Shown here: positions 9,146-18,299 of the stretch, piece by piece
Layout: each line of letters opens with the position of its first letter
How positions within the stretch are numbered: position 1 is the first letter of the stretch
Source: a virus
Direction: 5' to 3' (one strand)
Length of the DNA: 39,036 nt
Virus record (IMG/VR): IMGVR_UViG_3300045988_121799
Coordinates: 1 to 39,036 of that record
Made by a program: the position numbers and the translations under genes
The notes under the pieces: model-generated
Seen by the model: the letters and a program-made list of their open reading frames with translations, nothing else
Told to the model about the DNA's origin: nothing
The model's database searches: none

Positions 9146-9494
9146 CTTCCCACCCCTCTGCCATTTTTATAAACGCCTGTTTCAGCTGCTCTGCAATATC
9201 ATCTACCTGTGCCTGCGTCACCATCTTTGCCCGCCTGTTCCGCCACTCTGCACAGATCCGGCGCTGATCCGGCGTGAAGTTCTTGAGAACATCCTTGTCC
9301 TCCTCGCGCCGGATTGCAACAATACGCCCCAGCGGGGTGTCTGGGCCGATACCGGTAAGCAGCTGCTTAAACTCCTGCCAGGGCATTTCGTGAATTTCTT
9401 TCGATAATCGAAGCCCATACTGGGCCTGAAACGATGATACGATCAGATCGTAATCATCAATCAGGTCGTAGCATGGGTCCGAGTTTCCCCCGCC
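9132..9494 (-). CDS. Tail assembly chaperone, -1 frame extension (gpT-like part of a G-T fusion)
   Basis: The -1 frame relative to 9461..9775 is open from 9494 to 9132 (GGGNSDPCYDLIDDYDLIVSSFQAQYGLRLSKEIHEMPWQEFKQLL...). It has no convincing independent start or RBS. The position before the TMP is canonical. Confidence 0.6.
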   Translation of the reverse strand, partial: GGGNSDPCYDLIDDYDLIVSSFQAQYGLRLSKEIHEMPWQEFKQLLTGIGPDTPLGRIVAIRREEDKDVLKNFTPDQRRICAEWRNRRAKMVTQAQVDDIAEQLKQAFIKMAEGWEDGRR

Positions 9495-9775
9495 TCACCA
9501 TCGTCTGTAATCAGTGTAATAGCTGCCTCCACGAGGATCTGGAAATCTCCAAAACTCAGTTTCATGTCCTTGATCTCTTTCTTTGCATCGTCAGTAAAAA
9601 TCTGATCATACATTTCCGCCACCTGTTTCGGAGTCCCTTCTCCCTCACCCAGTATCCCCATGATCTCCAGGACGGTGGCTGCATCTGCATTTACTTCCAG
9701 TTCTTTTCCTTTTACAACAAGTCTCGGATTCTCCTCAAAGCTCAGTTTTTCAGTAATATCAATCTTTTTCGCCAT
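9461..9775 (-). CDS. Tail assembly chaperone (gpG-like)
   Basis: 104-aa acidic ORF between the major tail protein and the TMP. Its 3' end overlaps the -1 frame ORF. Confidence 0.75.
   Translation of the reverse strand: MAKKIDITEKLSFEENPRLVVKGKELEVNADAATVLEIMGILGEGEGTPKQVAEMYDQIFTDDAKKEIKDMKLSFGDFQILVEAAITLITDDGEAGETRTHATT
9484..9491 (-). other. Candidate -1 frameshift slippery run GGGGGAAA
   Basis: The minus strand reads GCG GGG GAA ACT in the zero frame. The run of five G lets a P-site tRNA-Gly re-pair one nt back, after which reading continues GGA AAC in the gpT frame. Confidence 0.4.
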
Positions 9776-9809
9776 ATTTTTCTCCTTAATTTAAAAAAGC
9801 CGGCAGCCA

Positions 9810-10259
9810 TCAGACTGCCGGGGTAACTGTCGGTTTTCCGTTGCTCATGACATCAAATTCCAGGGGTGCTACATTTGTAGAATCTCCTGCTCCGATGTTC
9901 GTTACATTGATGACTGATTTCGGGAACAGCACTTTCGTACCATCCGGGAAAGTCCACTGGGTGTCTTTCTCTGTGTCCCTGCCATTCAGCCAGGCAAGTG
10001 CTGCCACGGCATCATTTCCGGCATCGCCTACATTACGCTTTGCAGTTACGGAAAAGGTGATGCCTTTCGCAGTCATCAGTCTGCGGATCCATCCTTCTGT
10101 CTCAAACGGGGTCCATTCCTCAACTCCGTTATCGAAACTGATAGAAAAAGACTCACAGTCTGCGATGTCTTTCATCGAAGCCTCGGATCCGGACGCCGCC
10201 GTGTCAATCTGAAACTGATTTTTCCAACAGGGATATACGCCTGTAGTTTTTGCCGCCAT
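9810..10259 (-). CDS. Major tail protein
   Basis: 149-aa ORF immediately upstream of the chaperone pair. Its beta-rich composition resembles phi13/TP901-type major tail proteins. Confidence 0.75.
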   Translation of the reverse strand: MAAKTTGVYPCWKNQFQIDTAASGSEASMKDIADCESFSISFDNGVEEWTPFETEGWIRRLMTAKGITFSVTAKRNVGDAGNDAVAALAWLNGRDTEKDTQWTFPDGTKVLFPKSVINVTNIGAGDSTNVAPLEFDVMSNGKPTVTPAV

Positions 10260-10265
10260 ATCTTA

Positions 10266-10661
10266 TCATCCTTTCTTTTCAAAAATAACAGCCACTTCAA
10301 TCACCATCTCAAAGATACCGGCCTCATCCGGGCCAACATCCTGTGGTTCATAAAGCGGCTGAATCCATTTTATTTTCTTATTGTTTACTGCTGTACCCCA
10401 GGTTTCACAGAGGGCTTTAAACAGCTTCCGGGCGGCTTCTTCTGTCTCTCCGGGAGATTGATTCCAGTGAACCAAAAGAGTCGCATATTTTGTCCCATAA
10501 GATTCCAGCTCAGGGCCACCAATGGGAACCCGGTAAGAATGCTGCTGCCTGTCGTTATATACACCGATTGCCCGATCAGGTTTGTTTGGTAACATTCCCA
10601 TGTAAACCCGGTCCGCGATACCCAGGGATGCAACATAATCCCTCACATCTTTCAGTGTCAT
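10266..10661 (-). CDS. Head-tail joining / tail terminator-like protein
   Basis: 131-aa ORF. Called from its synteny between the gp10-like gene and the major tail protein, and from ATGA-type coupling with the upstream gene. Confidence 0.55.
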   Translation of the reverse strand: MTLKDVRDYVASLGIADRVYMGMLPNKPDRAIGVYNDRQQHSYRVPIGGPELESYGTKYATLLVHWNQSPGETEEAARKLFKALCETWGTAVNNKKIKWIQPLYEPQDVGPDEAGIFEMVIEVAVIFEKKG

Positions 10662-11038
10662 TTCACCAGCCCCCTGTAGATTCTTTTGTAGGTGTCGATG
10701 GCAAAATCAGATTTTTTGCCACCAGGGAGCCAGTCAGTATACCATTTTCCCCTGGCGTTGGGATTTTCTTTGGTCTTGAAATGGTATTCCGGGTGGAAAT
10801 ACAGCCGCCGGGCATATGGAGTATTGGATATGATGCTGACTTTTCCCTGTCGGCTCTCTGAATAGTCCACAAAGGTACCCTCATTCTGGAGCGCTCCGGT
10901 GTCAAACGGCATCACCTGCGCCTGTACTACTTCCGTATGCAGTGCTTCCGCAGTCTGTTCCAACGCCGTAACCTGCGCCTGCTCCAGCTGCCTGATCCGG
11001 GGAAAATTCATCTTTACTGTGGATTTTACCTTTATCAT
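10658..11038 (-). CDS. HK97 gp10-like head-tail joining protein, 126 aa
   Basis: The internal ATG at 11038 overlaps the upstream stop (ATGA). The longer 198-aa track ORF is an Arg-rich N-terminal extension that overlaps the previous gene. Confidence 0.6.
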   Translation of the reverse strand: MIKVKSTVKMNFPRIRQLEQAQVTALEQTAEALHTEVVQAQVMPFDTGALQNEGTFVDYSESRQGKVSIISNTPYARRLYFHPEYHFKTKENPNARGKWYTDWLPGGKKSDFAIDTYKRIYRGLVK

Positions 11039-11373
11039 ATCAACAGCACCTCCGTATAATTCACGGTACCATCCGGATTTCTCGCCTTCCTGCCTTCCAG
11101 GATCCGGCGCTTTACGCCGAAGATATAAGCTTCTCCGCCGGAAATAACCGGTAATTCCGGGCAGATATCGCCGGGGAACAGAGCCGTTCCCGTGACCTGC
11201 ACGGTCTTTTTCTGAGATGTCAGTACCGTCTTGGCTTTGTCCTGGTAGTTGCATTTCCCATCATGTTTCACCGGTGGAAGCGGCTCCCCATATTCTGTCA
11301 GACCTTCCTGGTCCATGGACAGCTGGATATCTGTCTGGCACCACTGTGGAAGGACTAATGTCGGCCATCCCAT
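11035..11373 (-). CDS. Head closure / head-tail adaptor protein
   Basis: 112-aa ORF; the call rests on synteny. Confidence 0.55.
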   Translation of the reverse strand: MGWPTLVLPQWCQTDIQLSMDQEGLTEYGEPLPPVKHDGKCNYQDKAKTVLTSQKKTVQVTGTALFPGDICPELPVISGGEAYIFGVKRRILEGRKARNPDGTVNYTEVLLI

Positions 11374-11384
11374 TACACATCACC

Positions 11385-11774
11385 TCACACAAGCAGCCGG
11401 CAGCACAAGCCTGTCTGGCACAGCTGTTCGTATACATCCCGTCTCATCGGGATTCCCTTCTGTGTCGTTACGTTCCAGCTTTCTCCGAACTGCATTGACA
11501 CCCCATTGATGGAGTAGCCAGACAGGATCATGTCAAAGATATCTTTGTTCTGATATTCGAATTCTGCCTGTTTACAGCAGATCTCCTGGACCAGTTCCCG
11601 CTGAAACGGTGTCAAACCGGAAATTCCCTGACTTATAATCCGATTATAGGTCAGAGAATCGATGTGTCGGGATGCCTGCACCAGGTATCTGCGGGCTTCG
11701 TCCGGATCCTGGAAGGCTCCACCCTGGTAAATGCTCTGGTAATAATCCGCATCCGCATAAGGTTCGTAAGCCAT
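11385..11774 (-). CDS. Head-tail connector (gp6-like) protein
   Basis: The ATG at 11774 (MAYEPYADADYYQSIYQGG...) is preferred over the TTG at 11792. It lies directly after the capsid gene. Confidence 0.6.
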   Translation of the reverse strand: MAYEPYADADYYQSIYQGGAFQDPDEARRYLVQASRHIDSLTYNRIISQGISGLTPFQRELVQEICCKQAEFEYQNKDIFDMILSGYSINGVSMQFGESWNVTTQKGIPMRRDVYEQLCQTGLCCRLLV

Positions 11775-11788
11775 CAGATCATCCCCTA

Positions 11789-12766
11789 TCAAGCAGTTTC
11801 TGTTGTATCTACATCAACATAGATACTATCGATTTTGCCATCACGTCCATTCGGGAATACAAACACATCGGAAAGAGATCTGTTCTGATACAAATAGCCG
11901 TCCCCTTCTGTGTGCTGGCCCGGATTGAAATAGTAAATACTGGAAATCTTCGGCACAATCTTACAAGTCTGGCCACATGCCACAAGCACGTTAATTTTAT
12001 GGGCACCGGTTACAGCGTCACCCGCGCCTGTGGTAGATTCAGCTTTTTTCTTTCTGGGCTCAAAGCCACCGCCCTCAGGCTCCCAGTCAAACGCGTCGTA
12101 GAACCTCTCATCGTCGATGACTTCCATAACCGGTACTCCATCGATATCAGTCACTCTTGTCTCGATGCCCAGGCCACCTTCTGCGATCTGAGTCATCTCG
12201 ATCTTTCTGGTGAACTCTGTAGACTGCTCCAGGGCATCCATGATCACACTGGTCACATACATGACAAGGGAACCATTTGCCTTATACCGTCTCAGTTTTC
12301 CTTTCGCCAGGATATCTTTCAGCATACTAAACACCTTTGCTTTGGTATAACCTGATGCGGCAGTTTCGGAATGATATCCGTCAGTCTCCTGTGCTTTCTG
12401 TGCCACTTTGGAGAAAAACAGAGCGTCTGTCTCCGGCGCTACCTGGGTCTCCTCAAAAGTCCGGGAAATATTCTGGATGGAAGCGGTCGCATTGGTTTCA
12501 TCCACATCGGCCTGATCCACGAGGAAGGAAATGTCACGGTCATGGGTCAGAGTGAACGGAACATCTTTCTGAACGTAGTCGCCCTTATTCCATCCGCCGG
12601 TACGTTTATGGTTCTTATATCCAGATACACTCATCTGAGTGAAATGGAAAGTCTTTGCATCCAGCCACCTTACATTGCTGGTCACAAACGGGGAAGTTAA
12701 AGTTCCCTGAATCAGAATATCCAGGAGCTCGGGGCTCCACTGTTCTGCATAGTTTAAATTCGGCAT
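11789..12766 (-). CDS. Major capsid protein
   Basis: 325-aa ORF following the scaffold gene. Size and position are typical of SPP1-like / HK97-fold capsid proteins. Confidence 0.85.
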   Translation of the reverse strand: MPNLNYAEQWSPELLDILIQGTLTSPFVTSNVRWLDAKTFHFTQMSVSGYKNHKRTGGWNKGDYVQKDVPFTLTHDRDISFLVDQADVDETNATASIQNISRTFEETQVAPETDALFFSKVAQKAQETDGYHSETAASGYTKAKVFSMLKDILAKGKLRRYKANGSLVMYVTSVIMDALEQSTEFTRKIEMTQIAEGGLGIETRVTDIDGVPVMEVIDDERFYDAFDWEPEGGGFEPRKKKAESTTGAGDAVTGAHKINVLVACGQTCKIVPKISSIYYFNPGQHTEGDGYLYQNRSLSDVFVFPNGRDGKIDSIYVDVDTTETA

Positions 12767-12785
12767 AGCTTATGCACTCCTTTCT

Positions 12786-13439
12786 TTAATTCCAGCGGTT
12801 CCAGCGTTTTGTGGGAACTGCTGGCTGATTTGCTGTAGTCTGCTGCGGATGCTGTGCAGGATTTCCACCAGTCCCGATCTGTGTAAAACCGGTCTTGCCA
12901 TCCGTCTGGGGTTTCAGCGCCGGGATAGCTTCCAGAACTTTATTGATGGCTTCTTTTACCGCGTCGTCGCTGATATTGCCATCCTGTCCAACCACCTGGC
13001 TGAGATCTGCCATTTTCAAAACATAAGGAACCGTCTTAGCATCAATTCCCAATGATACAGCGGTCAGTGTGGCCGAAGTCTCGATTCTGGCCTGCTGGGC
13101 CATTGCCTGGGCGGCAGTAAGCTGACTCTGTGTCTCTGTGATCTGGTTCTGCATGCCCGCCACATCCGGCTGGTTGGCTGCCTGCTGCTGTTTAAATGCG
13201 GCGATTGCCTGTTCCATCTGTTCCTTCGAAAGCCCCTGTTGCTTAAAATAACCCTTCAGCACAGATTCCTCTGTTACCGTCTGCTTTCCTGCGATCAGAC
13301 TGGCCAGTTTATCATAATCGAACTGCGGGGCCTGTCCTGCTCCTGCCTGCGAGGTATTGGGTTCCTGGTTACTCCCGGTCTGAGAATCAGGATCATCTGC
13401 AAAGATCTGCAGCTTCATCGGAATTTTTCTGTTATTCAT
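12786..13439 (-). CDS. Scaffolding protein (DUF4355-like)
   Basis: N-terminal MKLQIFAD motif, and a Q/A-rich helical protein immediately upstream of the capsid gene. Confidence 0.8.
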   Translation of the reverse strand: MNNRKIPMKLQIFADDPDSQTGSNQEPNTSQAGAGQAPQFDYDKLASLIAGKQTVTEESVLKGYFKQQGLSKEQMEQAIAAFKQQQAANQPDVAGMQNQITETQSQLTAAQAMAQQARIETSATLTAVSLGIDAKTVPYVLKMADLSQVVGQDGNISDDAVKEAINKVLEAIPALKPQTDGKTGFTQIGTGGNPAQHPQQTTANQPAVPTKRWNRWN

Positions 13440-13563
13440 TTATCTGTGTCTCCTTTACAGTTTTTTCAGTGCTGTCTGCACCAGAACAGTTTTATGTGTG
13501 TCTCACAAAACAGTTGGTAACCCGGTGTCTCCGTGTAGTTTTACGCCTTCGGGCCAGAAGTAC

Positions 13564-13752
13564 TTAACCCGGTACTTCTTCGGGAGATACCGGATCACCG
13601 CCTTTCTGATGTTTCTCAGGTACGATCTCAACAAACCCAAGGACTCGGAGCTGTACTGCTCTCTCCTTACCAGTCTCGTAAGTCTCTCCCACTTTCCGGG
13701 TCACTAAATTAGCCTCCCGATCTCGGAAAGTTCTGGTTACTTTCACAATCAT
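13564..13752 (-). CDS. Hypothetical small protein, 62 aa
   Basis: ATG at 13752 preceded by AAAGGAGGTGAGCGC. The track ORF has an unsupported N-terminal extension. Confidence 0.5.
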   Translation of the reverse strand: MIVKVTRTFRDREANLVTRKVGETYETGKERAVQLRVLGFVEIVPEKHQKGGDPVSPEEVPG

Positions 13753-13820
13753 GCGCTCACCTCCTTTCTGGGTAAAAATGGGTATAAAAATACCACCGGC
13801 CATTTTTTTGACTGGTGGTA

Positions 13821-13994
13821 TTAAATATCTTTCCGGATAACTTTTTCGATATCATCAATGGTTATGCTGATTGTTTCCCAATCTGCGGGGGAATCTCCCA
13901 CATCTGCGATAAATGCTTTATTCTCAAACGCTTCCACAATAACTGCTTTTCTTCCATCCTTCAGGAGGACCGTATCATACTGTTTAATTTTCAT
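13821..13994 (-). CDS. DUF4926-like small protein, 57 aa (MKIKQYDTVLLKDGRKAVIVEAFENKAFIADVGDSPADWETISITIDDIEKVIRKDI)
   Basis: Hand translation; below the ORF-track size cut-off. GGAGG lies 7 nt upstream, and the ATG overlaps the MuF stop as ATGA. The sequence pattern (short hydrophobic beta-strands, D-x-V-x-L ... G-x-x-x-x-I-V-E) resembles DUF4926. Confidence 0.6.
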   Translation of the reverse strand: MKIKQYDTVLLKDGRKAVIVEAFENKAFIADVGDSPADWETISITIDDIEKVIRKDI

Positions 13995-15412
13995 TTCGTG
14001 ACCTCCTTATTTGTAACATATACACTCGTGAGCCGTTTATCATCCTTATCCTGAATCCAGCTCGTCAGTACGTTTGCTTCTTTCCCATTAGGACCTTTCA
14101 GTCTTATTACATACTCATACCGCATACCATATCCATTATCACCTTTTTCTACAAACTTGCTTTCGTCAAGATGTTCTTTAATATTTTCGATCAGATCTGA
14201 GTAATTATCGAGCGTGTAGCCCAGGGCTTTTTCAAAGGCCGTAGCCTTATCCGGAGCTTTTGAAAAATTCAACGCATATTCCGTGAATTTTCCTTCTGGC
14301 ATCGTGGCAAATTTCTGCAATTCCATTTTCATTATACCAGAGCCGGTGCCTTTTGCAACATTTTTCCATTTTTCTTGCTTCACCGCATATCGCTTCTGGT
14401 TCTCCGGATCCAGTGAGAAATCTGCCAGACGCCCAAACCTTTTCTCCTGCCGTTCCGCATATTGCTGTCGGGCTTCCTGTATGGCCTGATCTTCCAGGTT
14501 TCTGATTTCATCCGGATTGTACTTCGGATCAACGGTTGTAATCCCAGGGAAGTAGGTGGTATGGGAGTCTTTGCATCGTGGGTGGTACAACCCCGCTTCA
14601 ATAGCTTCACTCATAAGCGGATATAGGCCGTCTTTCCGGCTACCACCGCTCCAAACATCATCAATCATGATCTTCCCAACAAATGGCAGGCACTGCGGAC
14701 AGGGGCTTCCCCGTTTGTTCATGATAACCAGATGTAGGCCCCATTCCTGGCGTTTCATACCCTCCCCTTGCAAGTACGCCCGCTTGCTGGCTGTCCGGAT
14801 AGCCATATCGGCATAATCAGCAAGCGTATGGCGGGCTCCATTGGCATACACCACACAGTTTAAGCCCGCGGAAAGAAAATCCTTTGTGGCCATATCCACG
14901 GCTTTCTCATAAGTGCCCGCCCCGGTATTCGCATACACCTGAGTGTTATAAATCACCTTCCGGTACTGGTCATTTGCCCGCCGGAGAACTGCCGTCTCGG
15001 CCTTCTCCATATCGTCTGTGGTGGCCTTGACCAGGGCTTCCAGCTTCCGGTCATTCAGCTTGAAAAACTCCGCTGTACCACCTCTTGAGACTTTCTCCGC
15101 TGGAAAGCCTTTCTTGATAGCCCGGAGAATCGCTTCTTCCTGGGCCATCCCACCTTCGGTTCTGGCCGCCTGGATCAGGGCCTCAATTTTCGCATTGATA
15201 TCCCGGAACTGTTTTCCATACTTCTTCCGGTTCTTCTGCTTATATTTCTCTAGGGCTTTCAGCTGCAGGGCCTGCCACTGCTCCCACTGCATATCCTCAT
15301 TAACTTCCTCAAGCTTATGATGCTTCATGTTCCGGATCATGGAAGCAATCAGCTCATTTTCCACAGCTTCAAAGGCCGCCCCGATATCATAAACGTCATT
15401 TATCTTTGTCAT
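13991..15412 (-). CDS. Head morphogenesis protein (SPP1 gp7 / Mu F-like) fused to a C-terminal DUF6883-like domain
   Basis: 473 aa, directly after the portal gene (ATGA coupling). It has a MuF-type core including the HPRCKDS motif. The C-terminal ~112 aa read KFTEYALNFSKAPDKATAFEKALGY ... YGMRYEYVIRLKGPNGKEANVLTSWI ... RLTSVYV. Confidence 0.85.
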   Translation of the reverse strand: MTKINDVYDIGAAFEAVENELIASMIRNMKHHKLEEVNEDMQWEQWQALQLKALEKYKQKNRKKYGKQFRDINAKIEALIQAARTEGGMAQEEAILRAIKKGFPAEKVSRGGTAEFFKLNDRKLEALVKATTDDMEKAETAVLRRANDQYRKVIYNTQVYANTGAGTYEKAVDMATKDFLSAGLNCVVYANGARHTLADYADMAIRTASKRAYLQGEGMKRQEWGLHLVIMNKRGSPCPQCLPFVGKIMIDDVWSGGSRKDGLYPLMSEAIEAGLYHPRCKDSHTTYFPGITTVDPKYNPDEIRNLEDQAIQEARQQYAERQEKRFGRLADFSLDPENQKRYAVKQEKWKNVAKGTGSGIMKMELQKFATMPEGKFTEYALNFSKAPDKATAFEKALGYTLDNYSDLIENIKEHLDESKFVEKGDNGYGMRYEYVIRLKGPNGKEANVLTSWIQDKDDKRLTSVYVTNKEVTK

Positions 15413-16932
15413 TCATTCGCTGCACCTCCTGTGTCAAAACCCTGTACCGTAAAACCACCGCTCTCAAGATTTACAGCCGGTTCTTCCAGCTCCTGGATGC
15501 CCTGCTCTGCTTTCAACCTTGCGACTTCTTCCTGCTTACAATGTTCATCCAAGGAATCCCCATAGAGCTCTTCTACGCAGCGTTCAATACTCATAATACC
15601 GCTCTGTTTTGCTTTTGCCACAGTCTCCACCTGACTTTCAAAAGAAGGATTGGCGTATTCCCCGAACGGGATATTAACCTTCACTTCTTCTAAAGCCTGA
15701 TTGTGAAGGATGTTATTCGCGTTGATGCAGGCGGATACCACAGCCGGGAGCGTATTCTGCAATGCTTGCACAATAGCATTCCTGGTATATAACGTAGTCT
15801 TTTCCTTTTCGCGCTGTGCTTCTGCGTTGTCCAGTTTTTTTACGTCAATCCCAAGGGTGCTCGGGCTGATTACTCCCTGCAGGCAGAGATCCAACGCTGT
15901 ACAATAAGATGCCAGGTAACTCTCATGTGGAATCACAGGCTGATCTGTAACAACCTGATTTTTCTGTCCCTCACGCATGTCACCGTCGGCCGCAAAATAC
16001 CGATTATCAAACGGATTCGGTTGGATCAGGCCGCCAGTCTCGGGATCTTTAGGAATCAGGCATTCCGGAATATAGGTCTTCGCCCGCCCAGCCCTCAGAG
16101 CGTCCATCCACTGTGACCAAGTCTCGTCCAGAGCATCGTAGTTGTCCAATTTTCCATCGTAAATACTTCCACCTCTTGCTTCATATTTTGCAGATTCAAA
16201 AATCATAAACGGTACAGCCAGCATCACACTTTCATCAAAGGTGGTGTCCTTAAGCTGTTCCGTAGCTTTCAAAACCTTGAGATCAACCATTTTGTTCCCC
16301 TGATACAGTTCATTGATGACGTAGCCATATCCATACCGTTCATTCAAGACGTATATCCTACCTTTTTCCTTGTACGGTGTTTTAAAGATAATCTCGCGGA
16401 TTCTGTCCCGGTGCGTTACAAATTCCACCCGGTCCCCTGGGTACCATTCCAGTATCGGATAGGCACTTACCTGCGTGTCTATAGTCACTTTAAAGGCTCC
16501 ATCACCGATATACAGTGCCTCTTTTAATGCGCTCTCAATCTTCTGTGAAAACTTATTGTCTTCAGCAATTTTCTGCCAGACAGCCTCCTGCCCCGGGGAT
16601 TCAAACTCAAAATCATCCATATCCGGCAGTACCACGAAAGACAGCGTGCGGACAATCAGCCCCGGCAGCCCCGTGTGGATTTTCCGCATATCCATTCCCT
16701 GAGTTGATTTGCTAGACCAGAAGTTATTTTTGTCCACTAATTCTCGATTCTGCTGGTAAATCTGCTCCAGTTCATTTCCATCCCCACGGTACCAGATCCG
16801 GTTACGGATCGCGTTTCCCTCAAAGTCCAGTGTTTCATTGATCTGGAAGTTATAAGGACTTGCCGGAAGTATATTCAACCAGCTTCTCACACTGTTTTTA
16901 ATATTTTCGTTCAACTTTTCCATCCACTTCAC
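15409..16932 (-). CDS. Portal protein (SPP1 gp6-like)
   Basis: 507-aa ORF between TerL and the MuF-like gene, with overlapping start and stop codons on both sides. Confidence 0.9.
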   Translation of the reverse strand: MKWMEKLNENIKNSVRSWLNILPASPYNFQINETLDFEGNAIRNRIWYRGDGNELEQIYQQNRELVDKNNFWSSKSTQGMDMRKIHTGLPGLIVRTLSFVVLPDMDDFEFESPGQEAVWQKIAEDNKFSQKIESALKEALYIGDGAFKVTIDTQVSAYPILEWYPGDRVEFVTHRDRIREIIFKTPYKEKGRIYVLNERYGYGYVINELYQGNKMVDLKVLKATEQLKDTTFDESVMLAVPFMIFESAKYEARGGSIYDGKLDNYDALDETWSQWMDALRAGRAKTYIPECLIPKDPETGGLIQPNPFDNRYFAADGDMREGQKNQVVTDQPVIPHESYLASYCTALDLCLQGVISPSTLGIDVKKLDNAEAQREKEKTTLYTRNAIVQALQNTLPAVVSACINANNILHNQALEEVKVNIPFGEYANPSFESQVETVAKAKQSGIMSIERCVEELYGDSLDEHCKQEEVARLKAEQGIQELEEPAVNLESGGFTVQGFDTGGAANE

Positions 16933-18299
16933 CTTCTCTGTTCCTCCGTTTCAAATCCAATCATCTGCCGGTACGGAATCCAGCCATATTGCTGGGCATT
17001 GATTGTATGATCATTCCGGTCTTCCGGAACGTCCTTGTCCTCATTCCAGCTGTATTTTTCCATCTCTGCCAGGTGGTTTGTACAGGTATCCACAACCAGG
17101 TAGCATCTCTGCTGTATCCATCCGAGCTGCAGCTTGATCCGGTCTAAAATTTCAACCTTCTTGTATGACTCAATGAAATTATACAGACAGCCTTTCAGGC
17201 GTTTGTACTTTCTCAGTTCTGTAATCGTAGCCGCGTCCGCTGAGTCCACGAATACATCCTTCGCAAAGCCCCATTCCTGTCGGCACTGTTCCAAGAAATC
17301 AACAAGCTTCACGGCCGTATCTGAAGGTGCTAACGGCTGATCCAGCTCCGCGTTGCTATAAACCTTCTCAGCTAAAGTAAGCAGCTTCCTGTCCTCTGTG
17401 ATTCCCTGGAACAACATTGCGATAGTATCCGGAGACTTTGAAGAGTATGACGTATCCACGCCGCAAGTAAACTTCCGGAACCGGATTCTGCCCGCCTGCA
17501 TCTCTTTTTTTACCCACGCAGCAGTAACAACATGTTTCTTTCTGTTGAAATTTGGAAAAATCAATCCAGTTGCTTTTCCCCTGAGACCCTGGATCTTATT
17601 CTTCCAGATCTTCGTGCCCTTTGGGGTGTTCTGGATGATACGCCGCTTCTTCTCTTCCGGAAGGCCCGCGTTATCATCAAAAGAAAAGAACCAGTGAACC
17701 CAGCCGGGTTTTGGTTCTTCTTGTAATTCATCTATGATTTCCTGCGGCGTTCCGTCTCTCCATCTGGGGAGCGGCCTGCTGCAGTTGATATATTCCTTGT
17801 AGACGTCCAGCGACGGATCATCGGGGTTCAGCGTGGCCATGAAGTAATCACAGCGCATGGAAGCCTCGCGGACAAAATCTATATCCGCCGTGTTGATCTC
17901 ATCGATGTACAGACAGCCGTACTGACCACCCAGGGCGTCTTTCCACTTCCGCTTATTGCCATAACCAACGACAAAAATGATCTTGTCCCCGTCGCCCGTA
18001 TGGAACAACAGGTGCGGCATCTTATACTCTCCCGATCCGTTGCCGTTGTACTGAACCAGGATGCCGAAATCATCCAGGATACCAAGATCTTTCTGGATGA
18101 TGTTCTTCTCTGCGGCTCCGGTATCATCCGCCGCAAGGATGTGCAGCTTCTTCGGGCTCTGGGCAACTTTCAGCATGAACTTGAATAGCCCCACCGTCGT
18201 TTTGCCGGCCGCTGTCGTGCCTTCCAGGAACTCCACAGGAGCATTACACCGAAGAAACGCTTTATATTTTTCTGACAGCAGCAGTCTTTCTGTACTCAC
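16929..18299 (-). CDS. terL: Terminase large subunit (PBSX/Terminase_3-like)
   Basis: Walker A motif GTTAAGKTT and a Walker B-like LYIDE. 456 aa. GTG start overlaps the terS stop by 1 nt. Confidence 0.92.
   Translation of the reverse strand: MSTERLLLSEKYKAFLRCNAPVEFLEGTTAAGKTTVGLFKFMLKVAQSPKKLHILAADDTGAAEKNIIQKDLGILDDFGILVQYNGNGSGEYKMPHLLFHTGDGDKIIFVVGYGNKRKWKDALGGQYGCLYIDEINTADIDFVREASMRCDYFMATLNPDDPSLDVYKEYINCSRPLPRWRDGTPQEIIDELQEEPKPGWVHWFFSFDDNAGLPEEKKRRIIQNTPKGTKIWKNKIQGLRGKATGLIFPNFNRKKHVVTAAWVKKEMQAGRIRFRKFTCGVDTSYSSKSPDTIAMLFQGITEDRKLLTLAEKVYSNAELDQPLAPSDTAVKLVDFLEQCRQEWGFAKDVFVDSADAATITELRKYKRLKGCLYNFIESYKKVEILDRIKLQLGWIQQRCYLVVDTCTNHLAEMEKYSWNEDKDVPEDRNDHTINAQQYGWIPYRQMIGFETEEQRR

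Noticed and set aside
10658-11254. Long N-terminal extensions in the ORF track. Examples: the 198-aa form of the gp10-like gene, 27404..28111, 25388..27403, 22373..22729, 30094..30414, 29918..30160, 34266..34565 and 35079..35531
   Set aside because: Internal ATGs with properly spaced GGAGG sites and ATGA/TAATG coupling to upstream stops give shorter, non-overlapping genes. The extensions overlap the preceding genes and have atypical composition.
11672-12355. 227-aa plus-strand ORF antisense to the major capsid and connector genes; similar cases at 6720..7226 and 35682..36014
   Set aside because: These are antisense to strongly supported genes (capsid, TMP and integrase respectively), have no RBS and show no recognisable motifs.
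13457-13515. Three ACAGTT hexamers (13457, 13486, 13510) in the gap upstream of the scaffold gene
   Set aside because: The motif is short, the spacing is irregular (29 and 24 bp), and there are no flanking promoter elements. The pattern is compatible with chance.
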